The notes under the pieces: model-generated | The model's database searches: none | What the model was told of the DNA's origin: nothing | The model's input: the letters and a program-made list of their open reading frames with translations, nothing else | Program-made: the position numbers and the translations under genes | Shown: in pieces, positions 48,060 to 62,602 of the stretch | Numbering within the stretch: position 1 is the stretch's first letter | How the letters are laid out: each line of letters opens with the position of its first letter | Origin: Amphiscolops sp. MND2022 | Lineage: Eukaryota | Direction: 5' to 3' | Length of the DNA: 64,000 nucleotides | Assembly: GCA_964187785.1 (NCBI GenBank) | Contig: OZ076409.1 | Coordinates: 15,750,001-15,814,000, forward strand

Positions 48060-51000
48060 CCTGGGTTGTTTTTCAACAAGACGCCCGCTGAGCAGTAAGA
48101 TCGTTACCGACCCAAACTGTTCTACAACTACATAAATTTGAGGTTCAAGAAGAGCCAATGCACTGAAAAAACGCAAAGAAGTTCGAAGAAAAGAAAGCTT
48201 TGATTCAATCTTTGATTCATTTTAGCACATTTTAAAGGAAGCACCTAAATTATTATTTCTGCGATAGCTGGCATCGTTTTGGCACTATGCGCATTACCGA
48301 GAAATTAGAAAATTTCCAATAAATTATTTGTGATTGAATTTCGAAAAACGTTATCGCAATTTTTTGTTTTTGATTTTTGAGGTTTTCTGTAAAGGAAATA
48401 AGTTTCCCCAGTCTAAAGGGTGATTTCTTTGTTACTCTTGATCATCTGGAACTGATGAGGATTCTTATTGATTTTGGAAATTACCTCATTTCAGTTTTTT
48501 CGGCTCTGTGCGTCTTTCCGAAACTTTAATTTGGTCAAAGAGTACATCCTTGCTTTTCACAGCAGATTTCAACTGGAGAAAAGTAGTCTTGCGAGTTGAT
48601 ACTCGTGTCGCTATCATAGAAAATTACAGAAAAGAATGTATTTGTTGTGATTCCTGTCGGGGAAAAAGTTGTTTCCTAGTCTCAGGCGTATTTCTTGAAG
48701 TAATATTTGGCACTGAGAAAATGGTAAAAACTTGAAACTAGGTCCTTTGCAAGTTTTGGAAAGGAAAGTTGAGCGATCCCGGTTAGTAATATTATTGCAT
48801 ATAGTTTCAACAAAAGTGTCAAAAATTGGAAACAGTTTTACGACTTTGGGGTCAAGTTTAGGAACATCTCTAACATGAATCTACAGACGTCGCTTCCAAA
48901 ATAAGCCTGCTGGACACCGGATTTTGTTGTTGTTGAATGTTTACACCTTTCTAACCCACGAATTAGCTCGAAACATTTTCCTTTGGAAGGTGTACTCCAT
49001 ATCAAGTGGTTTTGCTTGGAGGTTTTGAATTTTAAATATTGGACAAATGAGGTCGAATTTTACGTTTCCAAGTAATATTTTCGAAATTTGTGCAAATAAA
49101 CTTATCTGATATCTTTTCGAACTTCTACCGGTAGCTACACGTTTCAATCCTCTACCTATTGTAGTTCTGATTGAAGTAAATTTACGGAAAATGTCCGAAA
49201 TTGTGACTATTTTGTTGAAAAAAAAAGAAATCTCGGGAAACTTTGAAACCTTTGTTGTAAACTCGATGACCTTCATCCCACTTTTTCCCCAATTGCGTTT
49301 CGTATACCTTATTGTTTCAACGCTCATTGGACGTTCTATTCTTCTTAAACTTTCGTGGTTCCAACAAAAATTCGGATCAGTTTGCCAAACAACGTGCTTT
49401 TTTGTTGTTTCATTGATTTTTGGGTGTCTTGAGGCCATATCCAATAAAAAAATACAGTTATCTTTTACGAAGTGTCTACTGGTGATACGCAGATTAGTCA
49501 ATGTTGACTTTTTAAAACCATTTCATGCAACGCTGAAGAATGCGTTGGGTAATGCTGAAGAAAAATGCTGGTAATTTATGGGTAATGCTGAAAAAACTTT
49601 GGAACAAAAAACAGGCCATTGTTTTAAAAAGCGTGCTTTGGACTAATCTTTATCATCTGGAGTTTTTCGAAGCTTTTGTTTTACCAAAATTTTACATTCT
49701 CAAATAAAAATTCACTGAAAATGCCAGAAATCGACAAAAATTTTGACAGTTTCGACTTTCTGAGCTAAAGTTTGAGCCATTGTCCGACCGAAGTCTACAA
49801 ATATTCCTTTCAAGGCCTATTGGATTATGAGTTCAGTCTTTGCGGAATATTTGACAACATTCTTACTTCAAAACGATTTTAAAAAGTCCACAAATTTCAC
49901 AAAAACGAATATGTTCTTTCACCAATTTTTCGACTGCTTTGGAGTCATTCTGAAACGTTTTCGAAGCAAAACGCTGCAACGTTCTCTTCCAAAATTGTAA
50001 TGCATAGCTTGTTTTTTCGTTGTTCAGTTGATTGTGTTGGAACTTAGAACGAAATCTCTCGGAAATTGTACAGAAGTTTCATCAAAAACGACAAAAACGG
50101 TATCAAATTTTTGATAATTTAGTGTCAATTTGAGGCATTTTTCTTTTACAAATTGAACTTATTTGGTGACAAGAGCTCACGAAAACAGCAAATTTGATTT
50201 GCCCATAATTTAGGCCTTTGAACAATTTTGTCCACGGAGTCTATCGAAATTCTCCCCAAAATTGAACAAAATTATTGAAAATCAGGAAACTTTCGAAATT
50301 TTGTTTTTTTTTTATGACAATTCCGGACAGTTATCGTTTGAAAAACTGCAATTATCTCTTCTCTAAGCATACTGCACAACACATTCTTTCCATTTCGAGC
50401 CTTGTCAACATTCCAATCCACGAACTCTGTCAAAAATTGGGGAAAATGATTGAAATCTTTGAATATTGGAAAGTTTTGAATTTTTTTCATTTTCCGTGTT
50501 GATTTGAGACATTTGCATTCAGAACATTGCAATTATCTCTTTTTAAAAGACTACTGGACAATCAAACATTCCTTGTTGACTCTTCAAAAATTTCCAATTC
50601 ACGAAGTCTGTCGAAACTTTAACAAAAATTGCATAAAAACTTTGAAAATTGGACTTTTTTTTCATTTTTGGTGTCAATTGAGTTATTTTCACTTAGAAAA
50701 CTGCAACAAACTTTTCGGAAAGCCTACTGGACAAGACATTCTTCCTTTGTTGACCCGTTTCAATGTTCCAATCCACAAAGTCCATAAAAAATTTGGAATA
50801 AAATGCATAACGTCTTTGAAAATAGGAAATTTTTTGGAATTTTTGTCGTTTTTGGTGTCAATTTGAGACATTTTCATCTGACTAAACGCAATAAACTCTT
50901 CGGAAAACACTACTGGACAACGAAGTAGTGCGACGTTGAGCGTTTCCAACATTCTAATCTACGAAGTCTATCGAAAATTTGACAAAAATTGCAATAAAAC

Positions 51001-54000
51001 GTTTGAAATCGGGAAATGTTTTGTTTTTTGTCATTTTTGGGTGTTTTCTTTCCAAAATAACTGCTTTCATCTCGTCATAAACGACTACTGAACAACGAAA
51101 ATTTTGACTTGTTGAGCCTTTTCAACATTCTAATCCTCGGCATATATCGAAAAATTGACAAAAATTTCATGAAAACGTAAAAAATTGGAAATTTTCGCAA
51201 ATTTTCTCATTGTAGGGGTCATTTTTGGGTCATTCTGGGTAATTGGGATCAGGACTAAAAACAGTCCATAAATCTCCGCAAATGCCAATCGCACGAAGTT
51301 AAATTTATGTGAGTTGAATTCTATGGGTAACACCCTTAAAGTTAAATATAAATTTGGTGCTTGGCAAATTTTGTAAAAAAAAAGAAAACCGTTTGATTCA
51401 AATATTTTTCTTTCCCATATGAAATATGGGCGGGAAGTAAGAATTTCCGAGAAAAACAAACTCGTATCATAGTTTTTAATCAATATACTTCACCCTGAGT
51501 CTAACTAGTTTTGAGCAGGAAAAGTGCAATCGACGTGTAATTCCGTAGGGCGCTAAAAACACTAATCATAAAGTGAAGAAAGCTAGCTGTCAATCGTTAC
51601 AACTTTCAGCGAGATTTGTTGTCCGAAAGAAATGAGGCCTCAAAGCTCAATTTTCACAGTTGAGGAAGTTGAACAAATCGTTTGAGTAGAGCCGCTTCAA
51701 AACATGTTAATTATAACTTAGATGCAAAAAGTACATAGCTTGCTTGAGAGCAAGTTGTTATAGGTAATTTTGGGAGTATGAAGTAGGGTCTTTCATTGTG
51801 AGCATGCCTTAAGTCAGGAGAAATTCTGCAAAACTTTGTCTCAATTTTAAAATGAGGAATCGAGTTGTTCAAGTCTTGTCATGGACTGACAAGGGGCCAC
51901 TTTAGAGACACATTTTCGATTCCTGATTCATTCGTTCACGCCACCATAATATATTTTTTGTTCGAGACATTAAATTGACAGTCGTCAAAATTTAGGCTAA
52001 CTGTCGTTCCATGGTTCTTAACGCAGGTTTTGAGTACATAAAAAACGACCATTTGCCAAAGCAAAGGAGGACTATTAAAGAACAGGAAGCTTAGTTTTTG
52101 ACAGACAAGCCACTCGAGATATGAGAAGTATCTATGTAAATTATCTAATATTTAGAATGTTTAGAGGGAATGTCATATCTATTTAGACTTCCCATGAGGA
52201 TTGGAGAAAAAATTGAAAAAAGTCTCACAATCCCGAAAAAAATGAAAGGGGGGACCCTTTGATCTCGCACGGTGTTTCGCTGAAAAACGGAACAACTTTT
52301 ATCTTTCAATTCTTTGTGCCATATGGTCCAACTTGACACGTTGAAGTTTCGTAGAGCTTTGTAGAACTATTTTAGTCAGTTTGAAAATGAGAAAATTTGA
52401 AGGCAGTTTTTGTCAATTTTTTGATAGATATCGTAAATTAGAATGTTGAAAACGTTCAACAAGGCACAAACTCGTTCTCCAATAGTCTTCTATGAAGAGA
52501 TAATTGCTGTTTCCCAGACGAAAAGATCTCAAATTGACACCGAAAATGACAAAAAACTAAAATTTTCCCGGTCTTTAAAGTTTTTATGCAATTTTTGTCA
52601 AATTTTCCATAGACTTCGTGGATTAGTATGTGGAAAACGCTCAACCTGGCACTACTTCGTTGTTCAGTAGGCTTTTCCGAAGAGATAATCGCTGTTTTCC
52701 GAATGAAAAAAAATGACAAATTTTTCTTTCTTCAAAGATTTTATGCATTATTTTCCACGTTTTCGCCAGACTTCGTCAATTGGAACGTTGAAAAGGCTCC
52801 ACAAGGAAAGAATGTGTTCTCCAGTAGACTTTAATGAAGAGTTAAATGCAGTTTTCGAAGTGAAAATGTCTCAAATTGACACCGATAATGATAAAAAAAC
52901 CCCAAATTTTCCATTTTTCAAAGTTTTTATGAATTTTTCTTCGAGTTTCGACAGACTTGGTTAAGTGTAATGTTTCGAGGGGTCCACAAGGAAAAATTTG
53001 GCTGTCCAGTAGTCTTTTATGAAGAGATAATTACAATGTTCTGAATGAAAATGTCTCAAATTGACACCGAACCTGACAAAAATAAAAAAAATTCAATCAA
53101 TAGACTTTGTGGACTAAAATTTTAAAACGCTTAAGGCATGGGCACATTTGTTATTTCTGTTTCGGTGAGCTTTCGCCGCGAGATAAGTGGAAATTTGTAA
53201 AAAAAAACTGACTCAAATTTACCCGATTCGTCGAAATTTTAGAAGTTTTTGTCGTTTTTGAAGCAATTTCTGTGCTATTTCCGAGGAAATTCGTTCTAAG
53301 TTTCGATAGAATCAACGAATGAACGAGCTATGCTTTACATTTTTTGAAGAGAATGTTGCAGCGTTGTGCTCCAAAAACACTTCAGGATAACTCCAAAGTA
53401 GTCGAAAACGTTCATCACTGTCGTTATGGTGCAACCTGTGTACTTTTTGAATCGTTTTAGAGTCAGAATGCTGGCAAACGTTCAACAAAGACTTCAGTTG
53501 GAAAATGGCTCATATTTTACCGCAAAAGTCGAAAATGTCGAACTTTTTGTCGACTTCTGACATTTTCAGTGAAATTTCATTCGAGATTAGAAAATTTCGG
53601 TATAATGAAAGCTTCGAAAAACTCCGGATGATAAAATTGCAAAGGACCTAGTTTCAAGCTTTTACCATTTTCTATGTGCCAAAAATTACCTCAAGAAATA
53701 CGCCTGAGACTAGGAAACCACTTTTTTCTCAACAGGAATCACAAAAAGTGAATTTTTTGAAACTTTTTTCCGTAGAGTTCTATGATTGCGACACGAGTAT
53801 CAACTCGAAAAACTACTTTTCTGCAGCCGAAATCAGCTATGACAACAAGGCGGTACTCTTTGACCAAATGAAAGTTTCGGAAAGACGCACACTGCCGAAA
53901 AACTGAAATGATGTAATTTCCACAATCAATAAGAATCCTCATCAGTTCCACATGTTCAAGAGTAACAGAGAAATACCCTTTGACTCGGGAAATCTTTTTC

Positions 54001-55892
54001 CTTTACAGGAAACCTCAAAAACTAAAAATTGCGAAAAAAATTTTTCCGTAAATTATTTTCAAAAAATTCATTGAAAGTTTTATCTTTATTCGGTACGTCG
54101 CATTGTGCTGAAAAAGACACGAAAAGTGGCCAGCTAGCGCAGAACTAATAAATTAGGTGTTTCCTTTAAAATGGGCCAAGATGAATCAAAGCTTTTGTCT
54201 TCGACCTTCTTTGCGTTTTTTAGTGCATTGGCTATTCTTGAGGCTCAAGTTTATGTAGTTGTAGAACAGTTTGGGGCGGAAAATATCTCGCTGCTCAGCG
54301 GGTGTCTTGTTTGGAAGAAAATCTTAAACGTTTTAACGAAAAAAAGCATTGGAAGAAAAAATCCGTGCAAACCAAAAGTTTCAAAGATTACCCCAATTCT
54401 AAACCCCAATTTCTAGCTGGCAAGAGACAAAAAGACAAAAAGAACGCAAAATATGACTTTTAACGTCATATCTGATAATACCAGCTTTTCCAACGAAAAC
54501 TGTCCGGAATTGTCATCGGAAAAAACATTTTTGTAAGTTTTCCAATTTTCACTATTCTGTTCAATTTTTGTCCAAACATCAATAGAGTTTGTGACTAAAA
54601 TGTTAAAACGCCTAAGGCAAGGACACATTTGTTGTTTCTGTTTCGGTGAGCTTTCGTCGCGAGATAAGTGGAAATTTGTAGAAAAAACCGCCTCAAATTT
54701 ACCCGAATCGTCGAAATTCTAGAAGTTTTTGTCGTTTTTGAAGCAATTTCTGTACTATTTCTGAGGAAATTTGTTCTAAGTTTCGAAAGAATCAACGAAT
54801 GAACGAGCTATGTTTTATATTTTTTGAAGAGAATGTTGCAGCGTTGTGCTCCAAAAACACTTCAGGATAACTCCAAAGTAGTCGAAAACGTTCAACAATG
54901 TCGTTTTTGTGCAACCTGTGTACTTTTTGAATCGTTTTGGATTCGGAACGCTGGCAAACGTTCAACAAAGACTTGAGTTGCACAATGGCTCATATTTTAC
55001 CGCAAAAGTCGAAAATGTCGAAATTTTTGTCGACTTCTGACATTTTCAGCGAAATTTCATTTGAGATTAGAAAATTTCGGTATAACGAAAGCTTCGAAAA
55101 ACTCCAGATGATAAAATTGCAAAGGACCTAGTTTCAAGCTTTTACCATTTTCTAAGTGCCAAAAATTACCTCAAGAAATACGCCTGAGACTAGGAGACCA
55201 CTTTTTCCTCAACAGGAATCACAAAAAGTGAATTTTTTGATTTTTTTCCGTAGAGTTCTATGATTGCGACACGAGTATCAACTCTCAAAACTACTTTTCT
55301 TTTCTCCAGCTGAAATCAGCTATTAAAGCAAGGGGGTAGTCTTTGACCAAATGAAAGTTTCGGAAAGACGCACACTGCCGAAAAACTGAAATGATGTAAT
55401 TTCCACAATCAATAAGAGTCCTCATCAGTTCCACATGTTCAAGAGTAACAAAGAAATCACCCTTTGACTCGTGAAACTTATTTCCTTTACAGGAAACCTC
55501 AAAAACTAAAAATTGCGAAAAAGTTTTCCGTTAATTATTTTCATAAAAATTCATTGAAAGTTTTATCTCTATTCGGTACGTCGCATTGTGCTGAAAAAGA
55601 AACGAAAAGTGGCCAGCTATCGCAGAACTAATAAATTAGGTGTTTCCTCTAAAATGGGCTAAGATGTATCAAAGCTTTTGTCTTCGACCTTCTTTGCGTT
55701 TTTTAACGCATTGGCTATTCTTGAGCTTCAAATTTATGTAGTTGTAGAACAGTTTGGGGCGGAAATATCTCGCTGCTCAGCGGGCGTCTTGTTTGGAAGA
55801 AAATCTTAAACGTTTCAGCGAAAAAATGCATTGGAAGAAAAAATCCGTGCTAACCACAAGTTTCAAAGATTACCCCAATTCTAAACCCCAAT
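48060..55892. repeat. Multi-kb foldback: left arm ~48060-51200 is inverted relative to ~52380-55892; the right arm has a ~1.48-kb tandem duplication
   Basis: 48070-48140 is the reverse complement of 55730-55800 and 54240-54315. 53100-54411 is repeated at 54583-55892. ~180-bp subrepeats at 50270-51190. Confidence 0.8.
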
Positions 55893-58227
55893 TACGGGCA
55901 CATTTTGCGGAATTTTTAAACGTTTGGTGGGTATGTATGGTCAGATTTCTACCTTTTCTACCTTGCACACTTTTTGCTTACATCTTGTCGTTTTCTCAGT
56001 TTGAAAGGCCACAAGATAATGAGACAAGAGTAAAAAACATAAGAAACTTTGGCAACTTTCAATCGTTTCGTTTTTTTTGTCTACCTTTGCTCGTTTTTGT
56101 TGTTATGCAGAATCGCAGAATTCGAAAGAACTAATTAAAAGAATCTCCTCGATGGCTTTTGTTGGAGATCAGTGCCGAGGATCTCACATGAATCGAGGAT
56201 ATCTCGGAAAATGAGGTTTCAATTTATTCGTGACGGGAATTTTTAGGCATTTTTTGGGGGTATCTGGCCACAAACTTTGGAAAAAATAGGTTTAACAGAC
56301 AGTCGTCATACTACGAAAACAGCGACTTATCAGATTTCCAGCTTTTATTAAAAGAATTTTAATTGAAGCGATCTAAAACAAACCGGAACGGTCAAAGTTG
56401 GCGCCCCGCTCAAGTTTCAAAAAAAGCAAAGTGCTTCGAATATTCGAAGTCACATCATTGGGAAAATTTTTAGAGCATCAAAAAGTATCCAACGGGATGC
56501 CCAGAAGACACAAAAACCGTTTTTCCCAACTAAAAACATCAAACGAAACTTTTCAAAACAATTTTTTTAAACCCTAATTGACCCAGGCGATTTGGCAAAA
56601 TTTCAAAAAAAAATGATTAAAAAATTTAAATAATCAATATCCCCACAACTACCCGTACCAGAGAAACAAACTATAGCGCGTTTGAAAGGTCTGATATTGG
56701 GCTTTCATTTTGGTCAGGTGAGCTCCTCTCGCGGCGCGCCCCTTCCTTCAGAATTTTAGTCTCTTTTTCCGCTACCGCCGCTTCGGGGGCTTGTAGTAAC
56801 AACAGAATATTGTTGGGGTTTGTTGCACCAGGACTTATTGTCGAAGGGTATGTGGTTGGTTTTTTTCTACTGATCAAAGACTTTTAACGAAACTGGGTTT
56901 CGTCAAAAACGAAATTTTGGGAATAGATAACTAGTTTGTGTGCAAACAAAAAACAATTTTCTCAGTTTTGCAGACATTCACTTTTCCTAATACTTGTGCC
57001 ATTCAAACCAATCTAGGTACCAAAGTATTGTTGAGAAATAACGGTGTTGGAGAATATGAGGTACTGGCAAAACGGATCAGAAAATGAAAAAAAAACGTAT
57101 GTTGCCATACGGCAACGCTGGGTTGATTAGGGTTAAGCTTTTTCTTCAAAAAAAGTCTCATAGTGCGGAAAAAGCAACTTTAGGCTCACTGAATGCTAGT
57201 TTCAAGCCAAAACGATATATGAAACTCAAAAGGGTACCCGGATTGTGCGTCTTATTTCCATTCCCCCAAGCAGCCGCAAGTAGTTTGAAATACCATTATG
57301 TATGCACACTCAGTCATTCACCCAGTACAATCATTGTTCAACATTAACCATCATAACGAATATAGAATGTAGTAGTGGATCATGCAGTATAACGCCACCT
57401 GTTGGTAAGATTGCGCCATCACGCCAATTCTGCGCGCGTTCGCATCTTTTTATGGTGGTTTGCGATTGGCTAATACACCGAAAAGTGTCAAAATAGGCTG
57501 ATAGAAACCTGCCGGCTTCAATCTTTTAGTGCTTCTGACTGCCATTATCTTACCACATCTACTGATTAAAAGAATTTCTCTCTATTCACAATACAACATT
57601 AAATTTAAACATTTCATTTATTTCTTTTCTCAAAACAATCAATTAGGAATGGATTCTCGAACAAATGAGTTTACAAGGGGAGAAATGTTCAAAGGGGAGA
57701 GGGGAGAACAGGAGAGTGTTCATGATATATTCCTCAACTGTTTGAATGACGACATTGGAGTGGAGTAGTTTCGACATTGAGAAAGATTGCACGAACACCT
57801 TTGCATAGAGCACGAACATTTGTTTCTCTGAATTGAATCGGCAAATTAGTTAACTTTCCTCTTTAGTTCGAGTTCTTACAGAAGATATAACCACTGATTA
57901 CCATACCAGTGAAAGGTCTACCCCTGACATAGGGGAAAACCTATTTTATTGTTCTGGGGTTGTTGCAATGTTCGGGGGAAATTTCCAGTGTCCGTTCAAT
58001 GAGCTTGAGATACTAACGGAAAAACAAAAAAAAACGTCTCACTGTTTATCTGGATTACCATATCAGTCTTTTCGCTAACATTTTTACGTGTTAGAGCTTC
58101 AAAAGTGAACCTGAAAGAGAATTGTTATGAGGATTTTTTGAATCATTATGATTTCAACTTCTACAGAATTTGTGACCTTAAATTGAGTGGTTTTCTTCGA
58201 GACATTTTCAGAAAGAAGCTTGTAATC

Positions 58228-58984
58228 CCGGGTTGACCACCATACGAAAAACATGTTGATCATAAAATGTCATATATGGTGTTTATGAAATAAAAAGAAA
58301 AAGAGATCTATGGTCATTTTTTGAGAAACATGTTTCCCATACTATGGTCCTTTTATGGAACGAATGGTTTCCATAGTTTGTTCAAACTATGAAAAACGTG
58401 CTTTTTAAACAAGTTTTCACTGTCAACATTAATTAGGCAGAAATTAGAGTTCCTCTGTCTAACACGGTGACTTTTTTCCGTTTTTCATCTTTAAAACTTC
58501 AAAAACATACTTTAAAAACATGCATTCCATGAAATAACCATACTTTGAAAACATGGGTTCAAATTATGTTGAGCTTTCAGCAAGAGTGTCCCTTTCAGAA
58601 GAAATTATGAGTCCAAATATGACTTGTTTTTTGTGAGGATAGTAACAGAAGAGCAAGTTTCATCAAAGTGTCATACTTCAAAAAACATGATTTTCATAAG
58701 AGGGCCATACTTAAAAAACATGGTATCCATAGAATGACCATACTTGAAAACATGGTTTCCATGAAAGGGTCATACTTGAAAACATGGTTTCCATAAAAGG
58801 GCCATACTTGAAAACATGGTTTCTATAAAAGGGCCATACAGTTATATGAAATCATGCAATCCATACAATGATCATATATGGAAAACACTAAAGTCATAAC
58901 AAGAACATAAAATGTTTTTTTTTGCATGGCAACTAATTTCCATATATGGAAACATTTTATGGTTTGCATGTCAGGTCAACCCGG
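58228..58984. mobile_element. MITE with 11-bp TIR and internal ~33-bp tandem repeats
   Basis: CCGGGTTGACC / GGTCAACCCGG termini; CATACTTGAAAACATGGTTTCCATAAAAGGGC-type repeats at 58670-58840. Confidence 0.7.
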
Positions 58985-59866
58985 TATGATAATCCCATCA
59001 ACGTGTTGGGAGATAGATGCGCATTTTAGTGGATTCCTTTGACAGTTTTTGGGACTATACAGACAAAACTGTCATCACTAGTGGAAGTTTGGACAATGAT
59101 TCCATATATCATGAGCGTGAACAAACTTTACTCTTTACGGTTTTTACTTGTTTTGAACTTTGCCATTGCTTATGCATATTGCTTCTATGACTTGATCCAC
59201 TAAAAACAGCAGATTCAGCGCTTTATCTGGTTTATAGGTTGTATACGCATAGCAACTACTCGCACATTTCAAGTTAGCTCTTCAAAACTGTTTGAGCATG
59301 TTTCCTGATCTCTAAAAAATTAGCTTACAATTTTTTGAGAAAAAATGGTTCTAAAATTTCGGTCTTATCTTTTCATTCGAATCACTGTTTGGATTGAACG
59401 GCGCCAAGAACCAATGGAATTGGTCTACAACGGACAGTTTTGATTGGTTGCCAGAATACCAGCCTAATCCTCATTTGATCACAGACTTCAAATTCATTTG
59501 AGCTTTGAATCTTCCTACTAAGCAGTCAGTCCCAAAACAACTCTGAAATGCATCCTAAAAACTTTTGGCAACTTCTAATTTTGGCATCAGTCCAACTCAT
59601 CTCGGTTGATAGTACTTTACTCGGTAAGAATGTTGAACTTTTTTCTACCATATATTTTTTTCTACAATAGATCAAATCACAGATTGTAATTCATAATTTT
59701 TCAAACTCTGCTTCCAACAGAAAAAAAAACAAACATCGGCCTCAAAGTGGCGAATAGTTCTTTTAATCAACTGTAAATAGGCTCTTATAGCAACTTGGTG
59801 CGCAAATTATAAACTATTCAAGTAAGTAGCTTATACTATTAATAACTTATACTAAAATTTGTTCAG

Positions 59867-60082
59867 GCTCCAACGCTGATATCGAGATCCTAAGTGGAAG
59901 TGGACCTGCTGGCTGGAACAACAAATGGAAGTTCACCAATGGCTTCAGTTTGAGAGGACAGAAGCCTGCAGTAGGCAAGTGTTTCTCCTCCAAGCAGAAG
60001 AGCAACAACGAAGCCTTCTTCGACATCTTTCTGTCAGAAGTAGCCAGCGTTCATCTGAAGAATAGAATGGACCAAAAATATG
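59867..60082 (+). CDS. F-type lectin (FTP/fucolectin-like) domain gene, internal exon
   Basis: TTCAG acceptor, open frame ..GKCFSS..EVASVHLKNRMDQKY, GTATGG donor in phase 1. Confidence 0.75.
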
Positions 60083-60399
60083 GTATGGAGATGATTTGGA
60101 GTATTTTGGCTTGTTTTGAATGTCCAGGGCTTACCTTACCAATAAATGGGCGTTCTTCAAGCATGGAACTTTTTGTGAGTTGAGGTAATGTGTCAACAAG
60201 GCGGGACCGTCTAAGGCCGAAGCGCCGCTTGAGGCTAAATGGCGGGCCAAGAAACAAAATGCTGTGAGGAAAAAACCAGTCATTGTAATAATAGGAACGG
60301 AACATTTTTCCATAAAATGTACCTACCAAAATTTACTGGTACTTAAATTTCTGCTAAAACAACTTGAAAAATCCCATGCAAAAAACTTCAATAACTGAA

Positions 60400-61497
60400 A
60401 ACAAGCCGGGAAAGGCATAAGTCGGCGCTAATCTGAGGCTCAAAAATACCAAAAAGACATGAAAGTCAAAAAACTTAAAGTATCAATCTCACAAAAAGAG
60501 TGTCAAGCTCACGAAAACCCCAAACGACAGAACTGGCGCGCCAGGGGACTCTTTCGCATTTTTTAACATCCATTGTTGCAAAACATTAAAAAAGTGAAGG
60601 GGACCCTTTGGTGAAAAAAAATTGAAAAAAAGTCCCACAATACCGAAAAACAAGCCGGGACCTTCCAGAGTCGGCGCCATATCCAAGGCTCAAAAATAGC
60701 AAAAAGACTTCCAAGTGTCAAGTACTCTTTTACAGTACTCGAAAATCGAAATTTTTTGAAAAAAAAATTTTCGAAAAAATTACATAGTCAAAAAATGGAC
60801 CGAGTGGCGCGCTAAAGTCTCACAATGCCGAAAAACTGAAAGGGTGGACCCTTTGAGGTTTTTCAACATCCATTCTGTCGCAAAACATGAAAAAATTGAA
60901 GAAAACAAAAATTTTCATTTTCGGGAAAAAATCTCACAATGCCGAAAAAAACTGAAAGGGGGGACTCTTTGGGATTTTTCAACATCCATTCTGTCGCAAA
61001 ACATCAAAAAAAATGCAGGGGGGACCCTTTGGGGAAAAATTTTTTTTTCGAAAAAAAAGTCTCGCAGTGCCGAAAAAAAATGAAAGGGGGGAGTCTTTGG
61101 TCTCGCCCGGTATGGTATGTTACGCGGAAAAACAGGAAAAACCTTTTTGGTTCAGTTCGCTAGACCAAATAGTGCATTTTGATGCAATAATATTTTGTAG
61201 AACTTGTAGAACTATTTTGGTCAGTTCGTGTGGATAGAAAAAAAAGAGTCACTATAATAGTCGCGTTTCACTTCATGAAGCGCCGACTAAAAACTGAAAG
61301 AGGGACCCTTTAGTCTCTCCCGGTATTGCATGTTACGCGGAAAAAGAGGAAAAATCTTTTTGGTTCAATTCGCTAGGCCAAATGATTCAATTTGAGACCA
61401 TAAAATTTTGGTAGAACTTTTAGGAACTATTTTGGTCAGTTCGTGTGGATTGAGTCACTATAAAAGTCGCGTTTCACTTCATGAAGCGCCGATTAAA
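60400..61497 (-). mobile_element. Cluster of nested HINE-like elements in the lectin intron
   Basis: AACAAGCCGGG..AGTCGGCGC ends at 60400 and 60649; GCGCCGA(C/T)TAA ends at ~61290 and ~61497; repeated GGGGGACCCTTT units. Confidence 0.7.
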
Positions 61498-61538
61498 AAT
61501 TGAAAATTCTACGAAAAATAAAGAGTTTGACCTTTCAG

Positions 61539-61747
61539 CTCACCTGATGACGGGAAACGCAGTGGACGTGTGTACAAAGGGGGGTCAATGCACTGCATGT
61601 GGGGTAGCCCCAGCCACAGCACCAGACACGTGGGTCAAGATCGAGTGTGCCAACGGGGCCATCACTGGAAACCAGGTCAAGATCTCAAGGATAGACAACT
61701 TTCTTAGTTTCTGCGAAGTTGAAATCCGAGGAAAAAGTGAGTTGTAA
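61539..61747 (+). CDS. F-type lectin domain gene, following (probably last) exon
   Basis: TTTCAG acceptor in matching phase (G+CT=Ala). C..CG..IECANGAITGNQVKI..FLSFCEVEIRG matches the FTP C-terminal LCEVEV motif. AATAAA at 61765. Confidence 0.8.
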
Positions 61748-62602
61748 AACTATGGTTTGATATTAATAAAGATTCTAATCAATTGCTCATTTGTAACTTT
61801 TTGGTTGTTCCATTTATTTCAAACATCGGGGAGTGGGGAGTGATGTTATAGGAACAGAAGTGTGTTTAATTAAGTCCCTTGCATTTTCATGCATGATCAT
61901 GTAAATCACATGCTTCTCATGCATTTAATCTCTGTCCTTCTGGAAAAAAAGTTTCAAAAACCAAAGAAGCTCAAGATATGTTAAATTTTTGCGCTCCACT
62001 TGGGTTTTAGTTCAGTTGCTGTGTCACTACAGAAAAAAATAGACATCCCACTGGCTTACAAAAGAATTTTTGATACAGATGTTATTTCTTTTTGTTTTCA
62101 TTTTTTAAAGGCTTTTCTCCTTCTCGAGGTATCGGTGAAACGGAGATAGTTGGATATCAACTAATCCCGTAACACTTCATATAGGTTTCTCAGATGGGGT
62201 AAAAATGAACAGGCCGTGGAAGGGAATAACTTTTACTAGGCTTAAAAGCGCAAGTACTTCAAAACATTAAGAAACTGTTTTTCATAAAAAAAATCTCAAT
62301 CTCACTGACAAAAAACCCAAAGAGTGGCCCTGTGAGAGAACTGAGCCAGACTCTCGATGTAACCTCAAACTAAATGAAAAAGATGTTCAGTTGTTGACAA
62401 CATTTATTAGATTATTTACAAACAGAACTGAACCAAAAAATAAATTAGAAAAGATCATTTACCACATGGTCTTGATAGCGTTCAGTAATAACGCTTGTCA
62501 ACATTGTCCTTCTATTCTCTTTTCTTCTGAGATCAGCAGCAGATAGTAGTTACCCCTTTAACAGGGCCCCTTTGAAAAGGCTTTTTTCAACCCAAAACAT
62601 TT

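Noticed and set aside
48508..56134. Numerous 60-186-aa ORFs in the foldback region
   Set aside because: Low-complexity K/F/N/I-rich translations of AT-rich repeats; frames are not conserved between repeat copies.
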